Assembly: GCA_039714075.1 (NCBI GenBank)
Contig: JBDLKA010000029.1
Span: 1 to 36,237 of the forward strand
Direction of reading: 5' to 3'
DNA length: 36,237 bases
From: Candidatus Krumholzibacteriota bacterium
GTDB taxonomy: Bacteria > Krumholzibacteriota > Krumholzibacteriia > LZORAL124-64-63
The first letter of the stretch is position 1. Each line of letters starts with the position of its first letter. Shown here piece after piece: positions 1 to 7,746 of the stretch. The notes beneath the pieces were generated by a model. The model had not been told where the DNA came from and did no database searches. It saw only the letters and a program-made list of their open reading frames with translations. Position numbers and translations under genes: made by a program.

Positions 1-38
1 AAAAGGAGAAAGACAAGAAGGAGAAGCAGGCTTTTCAT
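1..38 (-). CDS. 5' end of a probable secreted protein (signal peptide only; runs off the window)
   Basis: Minus-strand ATG at 38 reads MKSLLLLLVFLL, a Lys plus hydrophobic core typical of a Sec signal peptide. Same orientation as the upstream protease. Confidence 0.6.
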   Translation of the reverse strand, partial: MKSLLLLLVFLL

Positions 39-90
39 GGACGTGATATGCAAACACCGGGTAGAAGTTCCCACGTCTGTCGCCAAGCGG

Positions 91-195
91 TCTTCTGAAA
101 ACAAGCGGGCCGGATACATAGCGCCCCAAAAACAATCCGCAGGTACGAGGACGTTTTTGGGGCGCTATGTATCCGGCCCGCTTGTTTTCAGAAGA
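91..195. repeat. Perfect 43-bp inverted repeat with a 19-nt spacer
   Basis: 91-133 TCTTCTGAAAACAAGCGGGCCGGATACATAGCGCCCCAAAAAC is the exact reverse complement of 153-195. It abuts the protease stop codon at 196-198. Confidence 0.95.
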
Positions 196-3100
196 TCACT
201 TGACGAGGGCCATGCGCCCCACCGACCGATCGGCCCCGTTGGTGACCATGTAGAAGTAGATCCCGGCGGCCACCCCGCGGCCGCGGTCGTCTTCACCGGC
301 CCAGACAACCTGATGCGTCTGGGCGGGCAGATCGTCATCCACCAGGGTCTTGATGTGGCGTCCGGCCACATCGAAGACCGTGACCCGCGTGCGTCCGGCG
401 CTCGGCAGGGCGAACTGGATCGTGGTCCGGGGATTGAACGGGTTGGGGAAGTTCTGGTCCACCATGAAGGCCATGGGAACCCCGACTTCGCCCTCTTCCA
501 CGGGTGAAACGCCGCAACCGTCGGTCAGGGCGCCGATCAAGCCGCAGCCGCCGCTGTTGGCGTCGGTGCAGGGGGACTCCGTGGTCAGGTTGAATTTGCC
601 GCTGGCGGAATCGCAGAACAGGGGATCCAGGGAGATGTTGCCGTTTGTTCCCGTCGGATCGGCGATGCCCGAATAATCGGCGCCGGCGTTGCCGAAGACA
701 TCGTTGCAGCTGATGCTCGACGGAGCGCTCAGGAACGCCATGCCGTTGGCATTGGTGGCCCCGCCGGTGTTGAAGGCGGAAATGTTGTTGCTGACCGCGG
801 GAGAGCAGAGGTTGACGTAGATGCCGCCGCCGCCGGTGGCGGCCGCATCATTGCCGAAGAAAGTGTTGCCGGTGATGGATCCGGTGGGGTTGTTCTGGTA
901 GTTCAGGCCACCGCCCCAGAACATGGCGGTATTGCCGGCCACGACCGAATTCATGACCACGCCGTCGGTGCAGTCGGTCAAATCGATGCCGCCGCCGATG
1001 TGGGCTTCATTGCCCGTAACAAGCAGGCTGTCCAGGGCCACCGCGGCCCCGGTGGCGAAAATGCCGCCCCCGTGCATGAAGGTCGCCGACAGGGACTTGA
1101 TGTTGGCGTCGATGGTGACCCCGGTCATGTTCAGCGTACCGCCGTTCATGTAGAGGCCCGCGCCGTTGGTGGTCACCGAATTGCCGGAAATCTCCCCGCC
1201 GGTCATGTTCAGGGTGGAACTTGTGCTGTAGCTGCCCACGTACATGCCGCCGCCGTCCTGAAGCTCCAGGTGGCCCGAAACGACACAGTCGGTCATCGTC
1301 AGGTCGGAATCCAGGGCCTCGATGCCGCCGCCCAGGGGAGGATTGGAGAGATTGGTCGTGATGATGATGTTGTCGGAAATGTCGCAGCCGATCATCGTCG
1401 GCGAACTGTCATAGACGAAAACTCCGGCTCCCAATATCCCCGTATTGCCGTGGACGGAGACGTTTTCCAGCAGGGGGCTGCAGGCGTTCATCGCGAGGCC
1501 GCCGCCACAGCCCAGGTCGGAGTCGTTGCCCACCGAGTTGCCCGTCACATCCAGGTTGCGCAGGGTGGGCGAGTGGCCGTTCAGCAGGATGCCGCCGCCG
1601 TAGCGGGCGAAGTAGGGGATCCCCCCCACGGTAACGCCGCCGCCGCCGGTGAGCCGGAAGCCGTCGACCTCGGTATCCAGCCCGACATCGCCGGCGAAGC
1701 GCAGGGCGGAGTTGATCGCGGTCCCGGTGATGACCGTGGGCGAGGTTTCGAAGTCGCGGGTGATATAGCCGGCGTCGTACCCGCCGAAGAATTTGACCCC
1801 CCGGTCGTCCAGGGTGACGGGGCCGCTCAGCGCGGCCGTGCTTTCGACCTTGATCGTATCGGCGGCCGAAGCGCAATTGATGGCGTCGTACAGGGTCGGG
1901 TACTCGGCGGGATACTGTTGCACGTTATCCCCGAGAGCCTTCTGCAGGTTGATGCGACCCGAGCCCAGAAGTCCGACGTAGCCGGGATTTTGGGCGTCGA
2001 TGTTGTCGCAGGAGCCAATCAGGGCGGAGGAAATGGTCTGCCACGGCCAGTTCAGGTGGGCGGACCACAGAAGGGCCGCGGCCCCGCAGGCTATGGGCGA
2101 GGAGAAGCTGGTGCCCTGGACGGACGAATAGGTGTGGGCTACCGGGTCGAAAGTGTAGGCGGTGGTGTAAATGGCGACGCCGGGGGCGGCTAGGTCGACC
2201 CAGCTCCCGTAATCGGAGAAGGAAGCCTTGGCGTCGTCCGAGTCGGTGGCGGCCACCGAAAGAACCCCCGCCATCGTGGACATGAAGTCGGGAACGTCGT
2301 CGTCGTCGTTGCCGGCCGAGGTGACGACCAGGCAGCCGGCGTTCTGGGCCGAGGTCACCGCGGCGGTCATGGACGAGGTGTTTCCCCAACTGCAGTTGAT
2401 GATGTTGGCTCCGTTGACGGCGGCGTAGATCATGCCCGCGGCGGCAAAGTCCATCCGGACCACGCCCTGGCCTAAATCAGTGGTCCAGCCGCAGCGTACG
2501 GCCATGATCTTGCAGCCGGGGGCGGTGCCGGCAATGCCGACAGCGTTGTTGGTGATGGCCGCGGCCATGCCGGCGCAGTTGGTGCCGTGGCTGCCGAAGT
2601 CCATCGGGTCGTTGTCCGGGGTCAGCAGATCTTGGCCGGGCCAGCCCTGGCTGGGGTTGACGTTCACGAAATCCCAGCCCCTGATGTCGTCGGTCTTGCC
2701 GTTGCTGTCGTCATCGATGCCGGGCGTGCCGTAGTATTCGGCCCAGTTGGTCCAGATGGCGCCGTTCACCTTGTCGGGATGGTCCCCGCCCAGGTCCGGG
2801 TGGTGCCAGTCCACACCCGAATCAAGAATGCAGATGACGATGTTGGTGTCGCCCAGGGTCTCGTTCCAGGCCCCCACGGCGCGGACGTCCCCGCCGCCGA
2901 GGGACATGTTGCGCAGGTACCACTGCTGGCTGCTGATTCCGGGGTCGTCCGGCAGGTAGCCGCCGTCCATCTTGCAGATGTCGACCAGTTGGACCTCTTC
3001 CACCTCGGGCAGGGCCTCGTAGGCGGCCTTGACCTTGTGCAGACCCATTTCGGCGGGAAAATCGATGGCCCAGACCCGGTCCAGAACATCGGCCGAGGAC

Positions 3101-3378
3101 TTGTCCTGCATCATTTCCCTCAGTTTGACGGTCATGTCGCCGTAGAGGGGTTCCATGTTGTGAACGGAGAATTGGGCCGCCGCCGCGTCGAGTGAGGCGA
3201 TGCCCACGCGGGGGGTTCCGGCTGATTTGTCCAGGGCCATGGTGGTGCCGGCCTTGACGGTCACCAGGACGCGATCGGGCACTTGGCCGATCACGGAGCT
3301 GTTTTCATAGATACGAGCTTCGGCTGCAACCGTCCCCAGGATCAGGGCGATCAGGACGGGAAACAGAATCTTCTTCAT
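196..3378 (-). CDS. Secreted S8 subtilisin-family serine peptidase with parallel beta-helix region and C-terminal FlgD-Ig domain
   Basis: Signal peptide MKKILFPVLIALILGTVAAEA. Triad motifs ILDSGVD, HGTNCAG, GTSFSSP and oxyanion SAGND. Repeated GGG(I/M/L)...GN beta-helix rungs. Tail QNFPNPFNPRTTIQF...GIYFY. Start placed at the second ATG (3378) because AAGGAA is better spaced from it; 3384 is the alternative. Confidence 0.9.
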   Translation of the reverse strand: MKKILFPVLIALILGTVAAEARIYENSSVIGQVPDRVLVTVKAGTTMALDKSAGTPRVGIASLDAAAAQFSVHNMEPLYGDMTVKLREMMQDKSSADVLDRVWAIDFPAEMGLHKVKAAYEALPEVEEVQLVDICKMDGGYLPDDPGISSQQWYLRNMSLGGGDVRAVGAWNETLGDTNIVICILDSGVDWHHPDLGGDHPDKVNGAIWTNWAEYYGTPGIDDDSNGKTDDIRGWDFVNVNPSQGWPGQDLLTPDNDPMDFGSHGTNCAGMAAAITNNAVGIAGTAPGCKIMAVRCGWTTDLGQGVVRMDFAAAGMIYAAVNGANIINCSWGNTSSMTAAVTSAQNAGCLVVTSAGNDDDDVPDFMSTMAGVLSVAATDSDDAKASFSDYGSWVDLAAPGVAIYTTAYTFDPVAHTYSSVQGTSFSSPIACGAAALLWSAHLNWPWQTISSALIGSCDNIDAQNPGYVGLLGSGRINLQKALGDNVQQYPAEYPTLYDAINCASAADTIKVESTAALSGPVTLDDRGVKFFGGYDAGYITRDFETSPTVITGTAINSALRFAGDVGLDTEVDGFRLTGGGGVTVGGIPYFARYGGGILLNGHSPTLRNLDVTGNSVGNDSDLGCGGGLAMNACSPLLENVSVHGNTGILGAGVFVYDSSPTMIGCDISDNIIITTNLSNPPLGGGIEALDSDLTMTDCVVSGHLELQDGGGMYVGSYSTSSTLNMTGGEISGNSVTTNGAGLYMNGGTLNMTGVTIDANIKSLSATFMHGGGIFATGAAVALDSLLVTGNEAHIGGGIDLTDCTDGVVMNSVVAGNTAMFWGGGLNYQNNPTGSITGNTFFGNDAAATGGGGIYVNLCSPAVSNNISAFNTGGATNANGMAFLSAPSSISCNDVFGNAGADYSGIADPTGTNGNISLDPLFCDSASGKFNLTTESPCTDANSGGCGLIGALTDGCGVSPVEEGEVGVPMAFMVDQNFPNPFNPRTTIQFALPSAGRTRVTVFDVAGRHIKTLVDDDLPAQTHQVVWAGEDDRGRGVAAGIYFYMVTNGADRSVGRMALVK

Positions 3379-3536
3379 GGCCATGTTCCTTTTTTCGTTT
3401 TTTCTTCACCCCTGCACCGATACCTGTGGCGCAACCCACGGACAGCGCGTGGCGAGTCGCGTCCTTGTTTCCGGCGTTACTGCTGGCCCAGGGATGAATC
3501 ATGGGCGAAATTCAGCTAGATCTTGCAGCAGAATGA

Positions 3537-3565
3537 ATTATAAAGGAAAGGAAAGATGGATTCAA
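3537..3565 (-). promoter_or_regulatory. Sigma-70-type promoter for the S8 protease
   Basis: Minus strand TTGAAT (3565-3560), 17-nt spacer, TATAAT (3542-3537), in an AT-rich intergenic region. Confidence 0.65.
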
Positions 3566-3636
3566 TACGGTAGGTTTTTTGATCAATCCCGCCAATTAAT
3601 TGACAGGCGGTCATTTCATATAAGAGGTTGCGGCAT

Positions 3637-4815
3637 TTGAAAATATGCAACGTCCTGTTCATTGAACCCTATGATGGCGGGTCCCACCGGGCTTTCCGCC
3701 GGGGCCTCGTGGAAAGTTCCCGGCACGGCTTTGCCAGCCTTGTCCTGCCGGGTCGTTTCTGGAAATGGCGCATGAGGGGGGCGGCCGCCTGGTTCGCCGA
3801 TATCATCAATCAGGGGCTCCCCGAGGTCCCGGATCTCATCTTTTTGACCGGGTTCATCAATGTGGCGGATTTGCGGGGACTGCTGGATCCTCCCCTGGAC
3901 CGGACGCCCATCCTGCTGTACATGCACGAGAACCAGCTGACCTATCCCTTGAGCCCGGAGGAGGAGTTCGACTTCCACTTCGGCTTCACCAACATCATCA
4001 GTTCCCTGGCCGCCGACCGGGTGGTTTTCAACTCCGCCTGGCACCGCGATCTGTACCTGGACGCCTTGCCGGGATACCTGAACAAGATGCCCGAAGCGGT
4101 GCCCCACAAGGTGGCCGACCGTCTGCGGACCCGGTCCGCCGTTCTGGGCGTGGGGTTGGAGCGGCCGCCGCTGCCGGAAGATCATTTTCCCCGGTACCGG
4201 GGCGGGACATGCGATCCGGAGGTCGGTCCGGCGTGGCCGCGCGGCGAGCGCCCCCTGATTCTGTGGAACCATCGCTGGGAGTTCGACAAGCGGCCCGATC
4301 TGTTCGCCGTAGCGGTGAACCGCCTGCTCGACGCGGGGCTGGATTTCGAGGTGGCCCTGCTGGGTGAAGCCCGCGGGCAGGAAAAGGCTTTTGCCGCTCT
4401 GCGCGACCGGATGGGTCCGCGGTGTATAGCCTACGGCCATCTTCCGGAGCGGTCCGCGTACGACGCCGTTCTGGACCGCGCGGATATCGTGGTAAGTTGC
4501 GCCGAACAGGAGTACTTTGGGATTTCCGTGGCCGAAGCCGTTCAGGCGGGGTGCTATCCCGTCCTGCCCCGGGCCCAGGTCTATCCGTCGCTTTACGGGA
4601 CACGCTGCAAGGGGCGGCACTTCTACGAATCCGAAGACGAGTTGGTGGCCCTGCTGACCGATCTTGTCGCCGGGAGCAGCTGCGGCCATGTGTGCTCTCT
4701 CGACCGGGACATGGACGCCTACTGTTGGGAGCGTCTCGCCCCCCGTTTCGACACGATGATCGCGGAAGTCGCCCGGGCGGGCCGGTTGACTTCCCAAAGC
4801 GGTGAGGAAAAATGA
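3637..4815 (+). CDS. GT-B glycosyltransferase with DUF3524 N-terminus (GTDC1/tRNA-queuosine mannosyltransferase-like family)
   Basis: Motifs EPYDGGSH, WKWRMRG, YMHENQLTYP, WNHRWEFDK and EYFGISVAEA (EX7E). TTG start at 3637 lies 9 nt after AGAGG; the ORF track starts at 3628. Confidence 0.85.
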   Translation: MKICNVLFIEPYDGGSHRAFRRGLVESSRHGFASLVLPGRFWKWRMRGAAAWFADIINQGLPEVPDLIFLTGFINVADLRGLLDPPLDRTPILLYMHENQLTYPLSPEEEFDFHFGFTNIISSLAADRVVFNSAWHRDLYLDALPGYLNKMPEAVPHKVADRLRTRSAVLGVGLERPPLPEDHFPRYRGGTCDPEVGPAWPRGERPLILWNHRWEFDKRPDLFAVAVNRLLDAGLDFEVALLGEARGQEKAFAALRDRMGPRCIAYGHLPERSAYDAVLDRADIVVSCAEQEYFGISVAEAVQAGCYPVLPRAQVYPSLYGTRCKGRHFYESEDELVALLTDLVAGSSCGHVCSLDRDMDAYCWERLAPRFDTMIAEVARAGRLTSQSGEEK

Positions 4816-5627
4816 AAAGACCGCGGGCGGTCCAGGGTTATCTGATCGATATCGAAGGCGTGCTGGTGCGTGACAAACGCTATCAGCCCGTTCCCGGATC
4901 GGTGGACTGGATGACCTCCCTGGCCGCCACCGGTCGGCCTTTCTGCCTGGTCAGCAACAACACCACCCACCGTCCGGCGGAGTTGGTGGAGGACCTGGTC
5001 CGGGCGGGTTTTCCGGTGGATGAAAGCCGGCTAGTGGGGGCTTTGGGCCTGGGAATGAAATGGCTGCGCGAGAGGAACAAGCGGAAGATCCACTGGTTGG
5101 GAAGGGCGCGGCTGGGGGATTACTGGATCGAGGAAGGTTTTGAACTGGTGACCGACGGACCCTGCGACGCGGTGGTCCTGGGGGTCAATCCGGACCTGAC
5201 GATATCCGCCCTGGACAGGGTTCTGGGCCCGGTGCTGGATGATGGCGTGGATATCCTGTGCCTTCACCGCAACCAGTTCTATCTCGATGAAACAGGCCGC
5301 CGCCGCCTCGGTCCGGGGGCCTGGGCGGCTTCCCTGGAGGGTATCGGAGGGGCCGGACGCCTGGTCACCGTGGGCAAGCCTTCCCCTGCGATCTACCAGG
5401 AGGCCCTGAAAAGGGTTGGCATTGCCCCCGAAGAGGTCCTATTTATTTCGGATGATCCGGTGGCCGATCTGGTCACCGCCGGAAGGCTTGGAATGCGCAC
5501 CGCCTTTGTCCTGTCGGGGAAGTATCCCGACCATGGTGTTCTGGCCCGGCTCGAGGAAAACGACTGGCCCGACATCGTCTGCTCGCGAATGAGCGATATC
5601 GAAATACAGGAAGAGGAAACAGCTTGA
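4812..5627 (+). CDS. HAD-superfamily subfamily IIA hydrolase (NagD/LHPP-like phosphatase)
   Basis: Motif I LIDIEGVL, VSNNTT, GKPS, ISDDPVAD, VLSGKY. ATGA overlap with the upstream gene. Confidence 0.85.
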   Translation: MKRPRAVQGYLIDIEGVLVRDKRYQPVPGSVDWMTSLAATGRPFCLVSNNTTHRPAELVEDLVRAGFPVDESRLVGALGLGMKWLRERNKRKIHWLGRARLGDYWIEEGFELVTDGPCDAVVLGVNPDLTISALDRVLGPVLDDGVDILCLHRNQFYLDETGRRRLGPGAWAASLEGIGGAGRLVTVGKPSPAIYQEALKRVGIAPEEVLFISDDPVADLVTAGRLGMRTAFVLSGKYPDHGVLARLEENDWPDIVCSRMSDIEIQEEETA

Positions 5628-6742
5628 ATTCAGATGGACGTGACAACAACAGGAAACGGGGCGGCGGCCGACGGGGGTCCGGGCAAAAATCGTCCGGGCA
5701 AAAATCGTCTGGGTCAAGATCGTCCGGAACAAGGTCATCCGGGCAAAGGTCATCCGGTTCACGATCTTCAGGTCAGCGAACCTCCAGGCGGCGTTCCCCG
5801 GATTCCCGCTCGTCCGGATCCGGCCGAGCAGCTCGGGGACGGCCCTCCCGTGGCGGTAACGGGCGGCAGTCCCCACCATCGAGCCGGCCCGCGCCGGCCT
5901 CCGCGAGCCCCGTCACCACCAGCACGCAGGCCCTGACCCTGTCGGCCTGGGACATGGCGCGGACGCGCCGCCAATTGCCCGACACCCCGCGGGGCCAGGT
6001 CATGAACCTGCGCGCCCATCAGCGGCTGGTGGCCTCCTTTGAAAAGGAGCGCAAGATTCCCGATCCGGATCGCAGCGTGCTGAAGGTCAAGGAAGGTGCC
6101 AAGGGGTCCTGTCTGTTGATCCACGGCGTATCCACCCGCCCGGGAGACTTCAACGAATTGGCCGAGGTTCTTTTTGATTCCGACTACAACGTCTATGTCC
6201 TGCGGCTGCCGGATTACGGCACCCAGGGGCACACCATCAGCGAGGTCTCCTGGGAATCGGCCCTGTATCAGGCCCAGCAGTGCTACCAGCTTCTGTCCCG
6301 CGGCGGCGGCAAGGTGCACGTGGTGGGAATGGGCTTCGGGGCCACTTTGGCCCTGCTGCTGGCCCTCGAGGAAAGCGTGTCGTCACTGGTGCTTTTGTCT
6401 CCGGCCATCATGCCGCGCGAGTCCTTCTTCCAGCGCCTGCTGGTTCGCCTGAAACTCCACCGCCTGAAGTTGGTCCACAGTTGGCTGGGCTGGAACGCGG
6501 ATCTGATGGAAGGGATGGACAAGGCCCGGGGCAAGATCGGTCAGATTCGGGTCCCTGTTTTCGCGGCCCAGTGCGAGGACGACGACCGGGCATCTCCGGC
6601 ATCCCTGAGGGTTCTGCAGAACAAGTCGCGGAACAAGGCTTCGCGGTTCCAGATCTTCCCCCACGGGGGGCACGCCATTCTCACCGAACACGGCAAGGAT
6701 GTCCTGTACGACCAGATCCTTCAGTTCTGCGGGTCCGCCTAG
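5624..6742 (+). CDS. Alpha/beta-hydrolase fold protein (carboxylesterase-like) with disordered Ser/Gly/Arg N-terminus; catalytic Ser absent
   Basis: LLIHG, elbow VGMGFGA (normally GxSxG), LVLLSPA, acid EDDDR, His in GGHAIL. TTGA overlap with the HAD gene. Confidence 0.75.
   Translation: MNSDGRDNNRKRGGGRRGSGQKSSGQKSSGSRSSGTRSSGQRSSGSRSSGQRTSRRRSPDSRSSGSGRAARGRPSRGGNGRQSPPSSRPAPASASPVTTSTQALTLSAWDMARTRRQLPDTPRGQVMNLRAHQRLVASFEKERKIPDPDRSVLKVKEGAKGSCLLIHGVSTRPGDFNELAEVLFDSDYNVYVLRLPDYGTQGHTISEVSWESALYQAQQCYQLLSRGGGKVHVVGMGFGATLALLLALEESVSSLVLLSPAIMPRESFFQRLLVRLKLHRLKLVHSWLGWNADLMEGMDKARGKIGQIRVPVFAAQCEDDDRASPASLRVLQNKSRNKASRFQIFPHGGHAILTEHGKDVLYDQILQFCGSA
5677..5781 (+). repeat. Seven degenerate 15-bp tandem repeats encoding SSG(Q/S/T)(K/R)
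   Basis: GTCCGGGCAAAAATC x2, GTCTGGGTCAAGATC, GTCCGGAACAAGGTC, ATCCGGGCAAAGGTC, ATCCGGTTCACGATC, TTCAGGTCAGCGAAC. Confidence 0.85.
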
Positions 6743-6766
6743 GCATTCACCGGGACGGCGGCCGAC

Positions 6767-7387
6767 TCAACCGGCCTGGTCGAAAAGAACGGCCAGGTCG
6801 AGGTCGCTCAGGACCGCACCCAGGCCGAGGCGACGCGTCGCCAGCACGCCCAGGACGTGGATGTAATCCTCGTAATTCCTTTCCAGTTTACGCAGGACCC
6901 GGGCCAGACCCGTGTTGGCGTCCGTCCCGGTCTCCATCAGGTTCGCCGCCATTCCATAGCAGCTGCGGCCGATGCCCAGGTCCCGGCGGCGGGTTTCCTC
7001 CGCGGTCATGCCGAAATGGACGCGGCGCCTGCGCAGGCCGTCCCCCCGGTTCATCAGGCCAAGGTAGAGCAGCCGGTGGTCGGCATTGACCCGGTACCGG
7101 TCCGCGCGCGAACGGCGGCCGAGCTCTTTTGCGGGCGGAAGCAGAACCGGGCCGGCGCCCCACTGCACCCGGGGGTCGTGACGCCCGGTCAGGAAATCCG
7201 CCAACAGGCCGCCCAGGTACACGTTGACATCCTCGTCGGCCCCGGCTCCATTGGTGGGGAACATGGATTCCCGGCGGGCCTCGAGAAGTTGTTCCATCAT
7301 GAAAAAACTCCAGGGCAGGGGCCCGGACCAGTCGGGAAAGAGGCCTCGGAAACAGGGCGATTCGACTTTGTTCAGTGTTTTCGGCAT
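6767..7387 (-). CDS. Hypothetical, predicted helical protein (~206 aa)
   Basis: Protein-like composition (DEDVNVYLGGLLADF...GIGRSCY...LERNYEDYIHVL). GGAAGGGA precedes ATG 7387, and the ORF extension to 7510 lies in AT-rich intergenic DNA. Confidence 0.65.
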   Translation of the reverse strand: MPKTLNKVESPCFRGLFPDWSGPLPWSFFMMEQLLEARRESMFPTNGAGADEDVNVYLGGLLADFLTGRHDPRVQWGAGPVLLPPAKELGRRSRADRYRVNADHRLLYLGLMNRGDGLRRRRVHFGMTAEETRRRDLGIGRSCYGMAANLMETGTDANTGLARVLRKLERNYEDYIHVLGVLATRRLGLGAVLSDLDLAVLFDQAG

Positions 7388-7428
7388 GAAAATGTCCCTT
7401 CCTGTAAACGGAATTCCAGCTTGAGGAA

Positions 7429-7444
7429 TGCAGGGACCATGCCT
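7429..7444 (-). promoter_or_regulatory. Candidate sigma-54 (-24/-12) promoter
   Basis: Minus strand AGGCATGGTCCCTGCA (GG-N10-GC), about 40 nt upstream of ATG 7387. Confidence 0.45.
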
Positions 7445-7746
7445 GACGAGTGCCGGAAAGCTAATTGTAATTGATTTGTTTTGAACGTGTTGCGTAGGTT
7501 GAGAAAACATGAAATTTGATTATCATTTTGATGGTGGGTGATTTTGTTCCATTGCCCGCGCCGCCGGGACCATTCCATCTTCATTTTGGGCTTTTGTTTC
7601 CCTGATATCAGCCGATCACACTCGGGAATATTTGCATGCGCCGGAAGCGGATCGGGGCGGACTCTGATGCCCTTCGGGGTTTGCGGCGTCTGGTGTCATC
7701 CGGGTAATCCGACCTTCGGGCGCTCCCAAGGTGAAAGGAACGGGGA

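Noticed and set aside
37..507. 156-aa plus-strand ORF
   Set aside because: Runs through the palindrome and antisense to the protease; no recognisable motif.
3600..3625. TTGACA upstream of the glycosyltransferase
   Set aside because: The nearest -10-like TATAAG is only 13 nt away, so no promoter was called.
5677..5781. Tandem repeats as a CRISPR array
   Set aside because: 15-bp contiguous in-frame units without spacers; no cas genes.
7560..7746. Possible cyclic-dinucleotide riboswitch in the receptor 5' region
   Set aside because: Could not find c-di-GMP-I/II or ydaO consensus elements by eye; an Infernal search would settle it.
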